DNA from: a virus
Lineage: Duplodnaviria > Caudoviricetes
Strand: one strand, 5' to 3'
DNA: 27,977 nt
Virus record (IMG/VR): IMGVR_UViG_3300020045_005041
Span: 1-27,977 of that record
The position numbers and the translations under genes were made by a program. Position 1 is the first letter of the stretch; each line of letters begins with the position of its first letter. The notes beneath the pieces are model-generated. The model ran no database searches and was not told where the DNA came from. It worked only from the letters and a program-made list of their open reading frames with translations. This document shows positions 8,411 to 17,011 of the stretch, piece by piece.

Positions 8411-8707
8411 TTATTCAGAAACGATGTACTTAAGAATAAGAACATCATTGGCAGCAAAGGGAGCCGCTAGGGTTATTGTTACTTGTTCGCCCGAAACGAC
8501 GATACCGGATTGCGCAATGCTGAGAACAGCAGCGGCAGAGTTATCGTGTTGCAGAACAACAGGAACAGAGGAAAGGGTTTCGTTGATGTCGATAATGACA
8601 TCGTTAGTTGCTGTGGTGTATAGACCAACATCAGCAAATCGGACAACAAGCTCTTGAATCTTGAGTTGTTGACCAAGAATTAAAGAATCTTTTGCTTGGT
8701 AAGACAT
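8411..8707 (-). CDS. Small structural protein, candidate capsid decoration protein
   Basis: Strong SD AGGAG; first gene after a late motif and directly upstream of capsid; beta-rich. Confidence 0.55.
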   Translation of the reverse strand: MSYQAKDSLILGQQLKIQELVVRFADVGLYTTATNDVIIDINETLSSVPVVLQHDNSAAAVLSIAQSGIVVSGEQVTITLAAPFAANDVLILKYIVSE

Positions 8708-8856
8708 TTATATATCTCCTGGTTAAATTAATGTTAATGATTATGAGTATCTTTGGTCTGCAACGATCTTCATTTGAAGATATTCTTACTCTGCCTTGAC
8801 AGGTTATAAGAAGTCTGATAAACTACTTGGTTGCTAACTACTTGAACTACATACTA

Positions 8857-8865
8857 AGTTGGTAA
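8857..8865 (-). promoter_or_regulatory. TTACCAACT motif, putative late promoter of the capsid operon
   Basis: Exact motif about 150 nt upstream of ATG 8707. Confidence 0.75.
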
Positions 8866-8869
8866 AATC

Positions 8870-8912
8870 GGGCTAATAAATTTCAATATTTCTTATTAAT
8901 TTTTAGTAGCCC
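8870..8912 (-). repeat. Inverted repeat after the scaffold gene (possible terminator or processing stem)
   Basis: GGGCTAATAAA ... TTTAGTAGCCC, 11-bp arms with 1 mismatch and an AT-rich loop; weak U-tract. Confidence 0.45.
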
Positions 8913-8936
8913 AATAAATTCAGCTAGTTAGTTTAC

Positions 8937-9899
8937 TTAAATTCCAAAGAATTTCTTGTAATTTACTGGTTCTTTTACTTCTCTCTTAGGTTCTGCCGCA
9001 ACATCTCTAACAGAGGACTTAACGGGGATAGGCGGTTGGCCTTTCGCTTTAGCAATGCTCTTTTTACGAATTTTGTTAATAACATCTTTACCAACAAGAG
9101 CCTCAATGACATCTTCTGGCATAAGAGCAAACATTTCCTTCAAGTCATTTTGCATTTCGGCTTCAACAATAGGAAGAACGTCTTCGGGTTGAAGATCCAT
9201 GCCTTCTTGTATGCCCATAAGCATATAATCAGCCATTTTCTTAATGACATAAGGAGACTTAGGAAGGCTTGAGCCCTCTAACGCCTTGCTCATAGCTGTA
9301 TCATAGCGCTCGTATTCTTGTTCTTGTAGCCGCTCAAACTGTTGTTGACGGGATTCTTCTTTTTCTTTTTCGCGTTCCTCTTTAAGAGCCTTTAGTTCGC
9401 TTGTCAGCTTTTCATGTTCAAGCTGTTCCGGGCTCTTGGACGCATTGTCGATTTCTTCTTCAATGATTTCTTGAGCAAGTTTCTTAACATCAACGCCAAT
9501 TGCCGGGTTTGCTAAAGCTTTGCGGGGGTTCTTTTTGAGTTCATCAACAAAAGCCTTCACTTCTTTTTCAAGGGTGCTGTATTCTTGTGATTTTGAGCTA
9601 GCGAGACGGCCCATTTGGAGCTTTTCGCGCATGTACTTAACAGAAGCTTCGTCGTCTGGAATTTCAAAGGGAAGAGCTTCGTCATACTCACGACCGTTGA
9701 ACTTAATTTTCAACGACTTGAGCATTTTCTTAGCGACGGCTTGTTGTTTGGGGGTTCCGTTCTCTACTTGATCTTGTAGAGCTTCTACGGCTCCGCCTTC
9801 GGCCCCAGATAGTTCTTGACTTTCTAAGACTTCTGTGTTACCGTTAGAGGGTGCTGCTTCTGGCGCAGGCGCGGACGATGATTGTACTGGATCTGACAT
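8937..9899 (-). CDS. Capsid scaffolding protein
   Basis: Acidic low-complexity N-terminus, 'KIKFNGREYD', long E/K coiled coil, basic C-terminus; upstream of capsid; start moved to MSDPV on SD AGGAG. Confidence 0.75.
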   Translation of the reverse strand: MSDPVQSSSAPAPEAAPSNGNTEVLESQELSGAEGGAVEALQDQVENGTPKQQAVAKKMLKSLKIKFNGREYDEALPFEIPDDEASVKYMREKLQMGRLASSKSQEYSTLEKEVKAFVDELKKNPRKALANPAIGVDVKKLAQEIIEEEIDNASKSPEQLEHEKLTSELKALKEEREKEKEESRQQQFERLQEQEYERYDTAMSKALEGSSLPKSPYVIKKMADYMLMGIQEGMDLQPEDVLPIVEAEMQNDLKEMFALMPEDVIEALVGKDVINKIRKKSIAKAKGQPPIPVKSSVRDVAAEPKREVKEPVNYKKFFGI

Positions 9900-9976
9900 A
9901 ATTTTCTCCTGTTTGTAGCCCAAAATGGGTATACGAGGTTATCTGGCGTCTCAAAATGAGGTAGCCTATATACCTA

Positions 9977-9985
9977 AGTTGGTAA
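9977..9985 (-). promoter_or_regulatory. TTACCAACT motif, putative late promoter of the scaffold gene
   Basis: Exact motif about 78 nt upstream of ATG 9899. Confidence 0.75.
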
Positions 9986-9996
9986 AAACACGAAGT

Positions 9997-10743
9997 TTAT
10001 TGTAAAAATTTATGAATCGGATGGTCAGGCTTGAAATAACGCTTAAAAGCCCATTGAAGGCTAATGTTTTTCTTCTTTAAAATGAAGTTAAAGCCTTTTT
10101 CCGCTACCCAGACTTGAAATCTAGACAACAAGCGCCATTTCTGCTTCTTAAGCACAAGCTTTAGTAGTTCAATTCGAGCCCAGCCTAGATTAATCGTAGA
10201 AGGGTATTTTTTACCGGCGGCAATCCAAAGACCTCCGGTTAGCCATAAGAGAAATCCGGGGAATACTACAGAACGGGCGCATAACTGATAAATTGCTATA
10301 TCGCCGCCTTGACGTTGAAAACGAATTGCTAATTTTCCGGGCTGTTTATTATTGTAGTTGTACAAATTTGACAAACCATAATCATTAATTTGCTCAGCAA
10401 AGCCTAAATCGTAAATTGCGTCTAGAATTAGAATTCCAATCGCATTATCGTGTTTTTCTTCTTTAGTGCCGCCAGGAACCCTATTAAAAACGCCGGGAAT
10501 GACCTGTAACCGCTTAATAGCTTTGTATACTTGTACTTTGACATCGGGTAACTGTCCTGCTTTATGGAGCAATAGGAGAGCCATGGCGAGGAACAAAATT
10601 CCGTTATCATTGTTAACGCTAGAATTATTGTGAGCGTCAACTCTATGATCTAAATTAGACTTAGGGTAAGGGTCGAGTCTACCTAAGAAATCATCGGAGA
10701 CATATTGAGCGAAGAAATAATCAATGTCTTCCTGATTAATCAT
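9997..10743 (-). CDS. Hypothetical helical protein
   Basis: Long ORF starting 1 nt after the HNH stop; 'DNGILF' and 'HDNAIG' motifs; function not recognised. Confidence 0.6.
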   Translation of the reverse strand: MINQEDIDYFFAQYVSDDFLGRLDPYPKSNLDHRVDAHNNSSVNNDNGILFLAMALLLLHKAGQLPDVKVQVYKAIKRLQVIPGVFNRVPGGTKEEKHDNAIGILILDAIYDLGFAEQINDYGLSNLYNYNNKQPGKLAIRFQRQGGDIAIYQLCARSVVFPGFLLWLTGGLWIAAGKKYPSTINLGWARIELLKLVLKKQKWRLLSRFQVWVAEKGFNFILKKKNISLQWAFKRYFKPDHPIHKFLQ

Positions 10744-10744
10744 T

Positions 10745-11254
10745 TTAATACTTATTACTTTTTTTAAAGTTTTCAATTGCCCATAAAGGTTGTAAATTTG
10801 TGTAATGACAAGCTTTTAACACTTCTTCACGTTTTGTTAAATCAAACGCAGATAATGGAATGATATGATCCATATGCCATCCATCGTGCGTATTATTTTC
10901 CCACGTCATCCCAGGCTTGAACTGTTTTTCTAAATAAAATTTTAACTCTTCTATTGAGCACCCTAAATCTCTTACGGCTGAAGCTATTTTTTGACCCCTT
11001 AACGCCTTCCACAGTCTACGTCTAAGATTATTTTTAATTCTATACTGGATATTTTCTCGTCGTTTTTTTCTATTGTAGGCGGCCTCTTTTTTTCTTTGAG
11101 CCGGGGTTTTTCTATATAACTTCCTAGCAACTGAGTCATAAATAGCCCTACTTTGTTTATATTTTTCGGTTTTTCTATATTCTTTATGATAACAAGTTCG
11201 GCATAATCCCCGTCCTTGATGAACTTTATCCGGATGACATACAGGGCGTTGCAT
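10745..11254 (-). CDS. HNH endonuclease (same family as 6330-7022)
   Basis: 'LGCSIEEL..YLEKQF.PGMTWEN...WHMDHIIPL...CHYTNLQPLWAIEN..K'; N-terminal 'GLCRTCY'. Confidence 0.85.
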   Translation of the reverse strand: MQRPVCHPDKVHQGRGLCRTCYHKEYRKTEKYKQSRAIYDSVARKLYRKTPAQRKKEAAYNRKKRRENIQYRIKNNLRRRLWKALRGQKIASAVRDLGCSIEELKFYLEKQFKPGMTWENNTHDGWHMDHIIPLSAFDLTKREEVLKACHYTNLQPLWAIENFKKSNKY

Positions 11255-11255
11255 A

Positions 11256-11807
11256 TTATTTACTAGCTAATTTCTTACGTAATTGTCTAAATTTTTCAGT
11301 TCGAGGGTGAGACTCTATTTTTTCTGCTATTTTCGTGGGAGATGAATTATGGCCCAAAAACCAAGCAAGGTTCATTTTTTCTTTATCGCCTGCATATTTT
11401 TTATCTACATGGTCATACAATTTATCAGAAATAACACTTTGTAATTCAGGATTTTCTGATACCCGATTGGCAATTTCTTGGTCAGAGGCTCCCGTTATTC
11501 GTAGATTATTAAGTTCGTATGGTTCTTTACCCTCTCGTCTTAATCTATTAGACATCTCGTTAATAGTATTGGGCATTAATCCTAGATCTCCGACGGCTCT
11601 TTCTCCGGCATGAATACCGCCAGTCATCATTTTATGGTCAGTATTCTGACCAGAAGACGACTCAATAGCAGACATATCAGCAAGAAACTGCTCTTTTTCC
11701 ATGTTACGCTTCAAAATATTAGCATCTTTTTCTGCTAATACTTCTTCAACGGTTCTATCCGGTATGTTTGGTTGTTTAAAGAGTTTTGAAAATCTATTTC
11801 CGGCCAT
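11256..11807 (-). CDS. Lytic transglycosylase / lysozyme-like protein
   Basis: Catalytic-like 'IESS.G', 'A.G..GLMP.T' and 'AW..G' motifs of the SLT fold; start moved to MAGNR. Confidence 0.65.
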   Translation of the reverse strand: MAGNRFSKLFKQPNIPDRTVEEVLAEKDANILKRNMEKEQFLADMSAIESSSGQNTDHKMMTGGIHAGERAVGDLGLMPNTINEMSNRLRREGKEPYELNNLRITGASDQEIANRVSENPELQSVISDKLYDHVDKKYAGDKEKMNLAWFLGHNSSPTKIAEKIESHPRTEKFRQLRKKLASK

Positions 11808-11824
11808 AATGATCCCCGATACTA

Positions 11825-12244
11825 TTACAAAAACTTTAAAATTAAGAAGCCTATTGTTGAAATGATAGAAATTATTGTCCATTGTTTATTAAGTTTCCTT
11901 AATTTTTCATCAAACTCAACGCGTAACCCCGCCAATGATGCGTTCTGATATTGAATCCTTTTGTCGATTAAGTCCAATTGTTGTAAAATCTTAACTTTCT
12001 TAAGATCGTCGTCTGGAGATCCTGAAGCAGCGTAGGCGTTAATCTCAGCAAGAAGTTCTTCGTCTTCAAGTGGCCACAGTTCGCCGTCTCGGATTTCGAC
12101 GTGCTCGGGAGAAAGACCCTTAACTCTGTGACGACTCGGATTAATAAGCGTATTCTCATCGGCTACTATGTCCGAAAGATCGTCAGTAATGAATACGCGA
12201 GTACGTCCGTTTATCGCTTTAAATATTCGATTCTTTTTCTTCAT
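11825..12244 (-). CDS. Hypothetical protein with coiled coil and C-terminal membrane anchor
   Basis: TAATG coupling with the thioredoxin stop; ends 'WTIISIISTIGFLILKFL'. Confidence 0.65.
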   Translation of the reverse strand: MKKKNRIFKAINGRTRVFITDDLSDIVADENTLINPSRHRVKGLSPEHVEIRDGELWPLEDEELLAEINAYAASGSPDDDLKKVKILQQLDLIDKRIQYQNASLAGLRVEFDEKLRKLNKQWTIISIISTIGFLILKFL

Positions 12245-12768
12245 TAGTGCCCTCCGCCGCAACCGTTACCTTCGGCGCAACCATCACAACAGTCAATTTT
12301 ACCCATAGCAAGCTTCTTACGACGCTCAATTTCCTTTTGAATAGTGTTTAAATGCTGGCGCATAGGACCAAGTTGATCAATAAGCTGAGCTTCGTCGGTA
12401 AGTAGTTGAACTAAAGATGCCTTTTCGACTGGAATTTGAGCAGGAGCTTGTGCAGATTTACGAACAATGAATCCGTTATCAAAAGTTGCCGCGCACTTTT
12501 CAGCGCTCATTGCGCCCTCTTGTGTACCGACCAACACTCCATCAACGTATGCACCAAAAGTGGGGAAGTTTTGTACAACGCCGTTAGTAATGGAATCAAC
12601 GGACTGTCCTAGCTTATACTTAGCCTTGACGAAATCACCTTCTAGTTCTTCAAACACCGGCTTCATTTTATCACAAAAACTGCACCCAGATTCTCGATAA
12701 AAGAATACAAGCACTTTCCCGGCTTTAGTCTTTTCTTTAAAGTTCTTTTCTGAGAGTTCTAAAATCAT
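12244..12768 (-). CDS. Thioredoxin-fold protein (CSFC) with coiled coil and Cys-cluster tail
   Basis: 'KVLVFFY...GCSFC..MKP.FEEL', cis-Pro loop 'FPTF', tail 'CCDGCAEGNGCGGGH'. Confidence 0.85.
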   Translation of the reverse strand: MILELSEKNFKEKTKAGKVLVFFYRESGCSFCDKMKPVFEELEGDFVKAKYKLGQSVDSITNGVVQNFPTFGAYVDGVLVGTQEGAMSAEKCAATFDNGFIVRKSAQAPAQIPVEKASLVQLLTDEAQLIDQLGPMRQHLNTIQKEIERRKKLAMGKIDCCDGCAEGNGCGGGH

Positions 12769-12806
12769 TTTTCTTTACTTCCTTTTATGGTTAATATTTA
12801 AAGTCT

Positions 12807-12835
12807 ATATTAACACATATCAGTTTATATGTCAA
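12807..12835 (-). promoter_or_regulatory. Sigma70-type promoter of the thioredoxin gene
   Basis: Minus strand TTGACA-N17-TAATAT with TGn extended -10; SD AAGGA downstream. Confidence 0.75.
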
Positions 12836-12839
12836 ACTT

Positions 12840-13115
12840 TTAGTCACTATGCCATTTATATAATTCGTAAGTCATTAATTCTTCAGGCTCTATACTATCT
12901 TTACAATGATCTACCTGCTTGAATAACTTCAGGAACGCGTAGTCTACAAATTTAGCCAGGGGCTTTACGAACCATTTAGGCTTGCCTGATGCCATTGCCC
13001 TACCACACCGACCGCTTATTGAATCGTCTACATCCCCTAACAGGATAACGTTGATAAACTGATCCAATGATAAGGCTAAGTTAAAGGTGTACTGGCCTAA
13101 AAATGACCTTTTCAT
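12840..13115 (-). CDS. Conserved small phage protein of unknown function
   Basis: 'N..LSLDQF.N....GD.D.SISGR.G...DHC..S.E' pattern, which I recognise from phage late regions; start moved to MKRSF. Confidence 0.6.
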   Translation of the reverse strand: MKRSFLGQYTFNLALSLDQFINVILLGDVDDSISGRCGRAMASGKPKWFVKPLAKFVDYAFLKLFKQVDHCKDSIEPEELMTYELYKWHSD

Positions 13116-13119
13116 ACTC

Positions 13120-13398
13120 TTACTGGATCTTGCCTTGTTCTTTGGCCTTTTTTTCAATATAAGCCATTACTAGGCTAAATATCTGAGCAGCGTCGGGGTC
13201 TGTTGCCATCTCTTGAAATACGTTAATTGTATCCAATGCAATAGATGGACCAATATCTCCGCTATCATTATAAGGAAGTAGGGACGAGTTTAGCAGAGCT
13301 AGCCCGTTAAGTCCTGTAGTTCCAACCGTAAAGGTTTCTACCCAGTATTTATCTAGGACTTTAGCTGGTATTGTTATAGGATTGGCTGAAATTGGCAT
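13120..13398 (-). CDS. Hypothetical protein, possibly fibre-associated chaperone
   Basis: 92-aa ORF with SD AAGG directly after the Cys-rich fibre gene. Confidence 0.55.
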   Translation of the reverse strand: MPISANPITIPAKVLDKYWVETFTVGTTGLNGLALLNSSLLPYNDSGDIGPSIALDTINVFQEMATDPDAAQIFSLVMAYIEKKAKEQGKIQ

Positions 13399-13416
13399 AT
13401 TTATGTTACCTTTTAA

Positions 13417-15261
13417 TTAGTTGCTTAATTGATGAATAACCCACGGCTTGGAACTTGTATAGGTACCAGAACAGTTTGCAGCGCATCCCGCTCCAGTGCA
13501 AAGACCCACGGCGTAGGTACAACCACAGCCAGAATTATTATTACAGTTGGACTCATCGCCATCAAAAGCCGAACAAACTACCTCAAGATTCCAAGTGCAA
13601 GTGCCCGCTGCTTCACACGGGGTCTGTGTTCCAAATCCCGAGCAATTACTAATCACATTATGGTGGTGGAACATTCCGCGTTCATTCTGCGCGTTAAGAA
13701 CTACGCCAGACCCATACCCTAAAATAGAATCTGGAGTCGCACCGCCTGGAAATGGTATAACCGTTACAGTACCAGACGCTCCTATGTTTACAACCGAGTA
13801 AAGTCTAGAAGTGTTACTCTGATTTGCGACGCTAGAGCTTGGCAGCGTAACAACCATGCCAGACACCCACGAGCATCCAGATTCAGCGGCACAAGTACCA
13901 GACCCCGATGGAGTTAGATTGTTACAGAGTGCGGTGCCAACACAAGCCGCATTATACACCCCAGAGCACGTACCGTTGAAGTAGTTGCCAGTACAAAGAC
14001 TACCAACACAAGCCGTAAAGAAAGTACCTGAGCAAACTCCATCTCCGCTATTATATGAACATTCTGGCTGTGTAGCGCAGTTAGTCCCGTCCCCGCCGCC
14101 GTCACTTAGTGTCGTACAATCACCGTCTACCGTTGCAGTACATCCTGTCTGTCCGTTACAAGCCGCTGTGTTTGTAAATCCTGGGCATGTAGAAGTATCC
14201 CATGCGCAGTTTCCACCAAATGAATCATCCTGCGCTTCGCAAGTAGACGAGTCCGTATTATTTGCCGCCGAACAAGTTGACTCATCATAGGTACAGCCAA
14301 CGTGACCCGTTTCACATTCACTCTCGTTAGTTCCATTAAATGCGCTACAATCATTACCAGCAAACCAACTACATCCTACGCCTGTGTGAGTCTCGCAAGT
14401 TGCCTGACCTGCTCCGGTATAAGTTGAGCAAGCCGATGGTGTGCCCGAGCAAATAAACGCGTTAGATGCGTCACAGTAGACCATTGTCTCGTTATCAGTT
14501 ATTGAGACAATGGAACTCGTATACAGAACACCCTTTAAACCAAGAGATCCATACGTTGTAAGAAATGCTGGGGGGGAAGTATTAGCGCCACCTGCCGTAA
14601 CACGACCCTGATTAAAAGAACCTCCGGCATTATAAATACCTTGGCTGTATATTTGCGCTATTAAAGCCGTGGAGCCTATCGTAGTCCCGACTTCGAAATT
14701 ATGAAATGCCTGCGACCCCGCTGCTTTGTAAACAGTATATCCAGAATCTTGGACCTGTATTCCCCATCTAATTGTGGAAGTAAATGTGGCAGTTAAAGAA
14801 ACCCTAGTGCCAGTTGATACCATATCAAAGTTCTGAAGCGTATCAATCGTGGAGCTATTGGCCATTGTGGCCTTGATAGATCCAGCCACTTGTAACCTGC
14901 CAAACGTAAGCCCATCAGACTGCCTTGACGAATAAGTTAACCCGTCCTCGTAAGCGCCACCTGCTATAGAGCTTTGCAGCTTCCAATCCCCAAGCGCAGC
15001 GGCTGTCCCTTGTACCGGCAGAACATGCACCCTAAAATCAACTGTTTGGGAAACGCTCGTGCCTGTGCGCCAGCCATTGCCTCGCCACACAAAAGCTGGG
15101 GAAGCCTGCTGTGCGCCTAGCGCCGCCGGGGTTGGGTTAATAAGAATATTACTCGTGCCCGTTGTCGTCCCCAATGCAGACTTAGTGAACGTCTGAAGTT
15201 GCTGCCAGGTGTTTGCCTGAGTAAGCAAATTCTTAACTGTAGGGGATATTGGGCCAAACAT
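13417..15261 (-). CDS. Fibre-like virion protein with two cysteine-rich nested-repeat inserts
   Basis: N-terminal 'ANTW...QTF' fibre motif and beta-rich shaft; C-terminal domain aligns with the tip of the 814-aa protein but is split by 24-Cys and 10-Cys inserts. Confidence 0.75.
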   Translation of the reverse strand: MFGPISPTVKNLLTQANTWQQLQTFTKSALGTTTGTSNILINPTPAALGAQQASPAFVWRGNGWRTGTSVSQTVDFRVHVLPVQGTAAALGDWKLQSSIAGGAYEDGLTYSSRQSDGLTFGRLQVAGSIKATMANSSTIDTLQNFDMVSTGTRVSLTATFTSTIRWGIQVQDSGYTVYKAAGSQAFHNFEVGTTIGSTALIAQIYSQGIYNAGGSFNQGRVTAGGANTSPPAFLTTYGSLGLKGVLYTSSIVSITDNETMVYCDASNAFICSGTPSACSTYTGAGQATCETHTGVGCSWFAGNDCSAFNGTNESECETGHVGCTYDESTCSAANNTDSSTCEAQDDSFGGNCAWDTSTCPGFTNTAACNGQTGCTATVDGDCTTLSDGGGDGTNCATQPECSYNSGDGVCSGTFFTACVGSLCTGNYFNGTCSGVYNAACVGTALCNNLTPSGSGTCAAESGCSWVSGMVVTLPSSSVANQSNTSRLYSVVNIGASGTVTVIPFPGGATPDSILGYGSGVVLNAQNERGMFHHHNVISNCSGFGTQTPCEAAGTCTWNLEVVCSAFDGDESNCNNNSGCGCTYAVGLCTGAGCAANCSGTYTSSKPWVIHQLSN

Positions 15262-15262
15262 A

Positions 15263-15676
15263 TTATAGGTTTTTCCCTGCTGCGATGAATGAAATTGCTT
15301 TAGCCGCCGTCAATGTAGCCGTTACCTTTACTCTTAGAGTTGCTAATGCCGGTAGTTCTAAATATCTATTACCGTTGTTATCAACATTAAATGCCGGAGA
15401 AATGTTAGCTAAATTTAATAAGTTAATGCTAGGAGCTGAGTTGGTATCGCCAGTTCTTAAGGGTATGGCCACGGTACCGATAGGATAGTCAGTGCCGGAT
15501 ACTGTCATCGTAAGCACTACGTCCTTTGCTGCGGTATCAGTAGACTGAACGCTGATATTTGTGACAATAGATCCAAGAGATCCAGCAGTTAGAAGCGTTT
15601 TATACGTGGTCGTATCGGCAGGTAGAATCTGAACCACGCCGACGTTTGATGTTTGATAAAAGTTTGCAGCAGCCAT
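15263..15676 (-). CDS. Small beta-sandwich virion protein
   Basis: T/A/V-rich; tightly coupled to both neighbouring fibre-like genes. Confidence 0.6.
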   Translation of the reverse strand: MAAANFYQTSNVGVVQILPADTTTYKTLLTAGSLGSIVTNISVQSTDTAAKDVVLTMTVSGTDYPIGTVAIPLRTGDTNSAPSINLLNLANISPAFNVDNNGNRYLELPALATLRVKVTATLTAAKAISFIAAGKNL

Positions 15677-17011
15677 TTAAAAGCCTCCGAATTGTGTGAA
15701 CGCCACTAGGTCCACTATGTTAGTTGCAGTAATTGTTCCAGCTAGGACCATGTTACCAGCGTCATCAATTGTTGAATTAGCACCGTCTTGTAGAATCTTA
15801 CCCGTAGTGCTGTCAAATCTTGCGACCGCGTTGTCAGTGCTACTTGCAGGCCCCACAACGTCTCCACCCGATCCACCACCCGCCGTGGCTGGTTCACCAA
15901 ACTTAGACGCAGCAACAAACACAGCGTCTGCTGCGGTATTTAACGCCGTTGTATTCTTTTTAACAATAAGCCATGCACGTAAAGCCGTGTCAGATAGAGA
16001 GGGAGCCACAATCGGAGTCTCTGACAAAACACCTAAACGTGCTTCGTTTAAATCATTGTAGATAACTTGGCCATAGGTCATAATCAAAATGTTTGTAGCA
16101 TTGGCGTGATAAACCCGCTGAATAGTAAACTTGTTGTTAGGTACCGTTGCGAGTACCCCAGTGCCGTCATCGTACAAATCAGGCGTAACTAAGGCGCTGG
16201 GAGAAGTCTGAGTAAAACCACCAGACCCATTGCGGTAGGAATAGGAAAACGAAGGCGCAACAAGCGCGGCGTCCGCTGTGATATTTGGGTTCTTCTTTGA
16301 AGTATAATAATTAGAACCGTTACGATATGACGTACCCGACGACTTATTTAAATTTAGATTCGCGCCATTGGCTGAAATTACGTTGCCCGAACCAATTACC
16401 ACACCAACTATGTTTGAAAAATCATCAGCGTCCATTGAGGCGTTAAAGATTACACGAGGAAATGGAGAGGCTACTGTAATAGTTGAAAGGTTAGCATGGA
16501 CCAATCTGCCTAAGATTATGTAATCGCGGGAGTCGTCAATTGAGAACGAGGCCGTTTGCTGCACAATCGCGCCCGCAGAGTTAATAGCAATGTTTGTAAA
16601 GGACGCAGTGGCTATATTTGTAACAGTTTGTGCAGTAAAGGCTGACCAGACAACGTGAGTTCTAACCGGATTATCTGGATCAGTGTGGTTATCTACAACA
16701 TACCCATTACCTGCTGAAATATCGAACTTGGTTGGATCTACGTTAATACTAAGAACGCCGCCATTAAGCAATCCGGTGCCCATTACTGAGGTTAGCTTAT
16801 CAAAATCTGTATTCTCAATGGTAACAGTATCAGTAGCCGAGTTACCCGAAATACTAATACCGTCGCCTTCTGCTAGGGTAAGAATATCAGTTGACGTTTC
16901 TGCTACGGGGCTAGTGCCATTAGGAACTTGAATAGTCTCAAATGAATTGGTTTGAATGGGTGCGGCGAAGTCGAAGAGGCCGGTCAGCGGATTAAATGAA
17001 AATTTAGCCAT
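15677..17011 (-). CDS. Fibre-like structural protein (444 aa)
   Basis: 'FNPLTG.FD' N-terminus, 'LTLAEGDGISI', and 'GDVVGPASSTDNAVARFDSTTGK' shared with the 814-aa fibre. Confidence 0.7.
   Translation of the reverse strand: MAKFSFNPLTGLFDFAAPIQTNSFETIQVPNGTSPVAETSTDILTLAEGDGISISGNSATDTVTIENTDFDKLTSVMGTGLLNGGVLSINVDPTKFDISAGNGYVVDNHTDPDNPVRTHVVWSAFTAQTVTNIATASFTNIAINSAGAIVQQTASFSIDDSRDYIILGRLVHANLSTITVASPFPRVIFNASMDADDFSNIVGVVIGSGNVISANGANLNLNKSSGTSYRNGSNYYTSKKNPNITADAALVAPSFSYSYRNGSGGFTQTSPSALVTPDLYDDGTGVLATVPNNKFTIQRVYHANATNILIMTYGQVIYNDLNEARLGVLSETPIVAPSLSDTALRAWLIVKKNTTALNTAADAVFVAASKFGEPATAGGGSGGDVVGPASSTDNAVARFDSTTGKILQDGANSTIDDAGNMVLAGTITATNIVDLVAFTQFGGF

Noticed and set aside
13865-14455. 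Cys-rich region as a DNA tandem repeat, DGR variable region or eukaryotic contamination
   Set aside because: The repeats are visible only at protein level, no template repeat or reverse transcriptase is present, and the frame is continuous with phage-type flanks.
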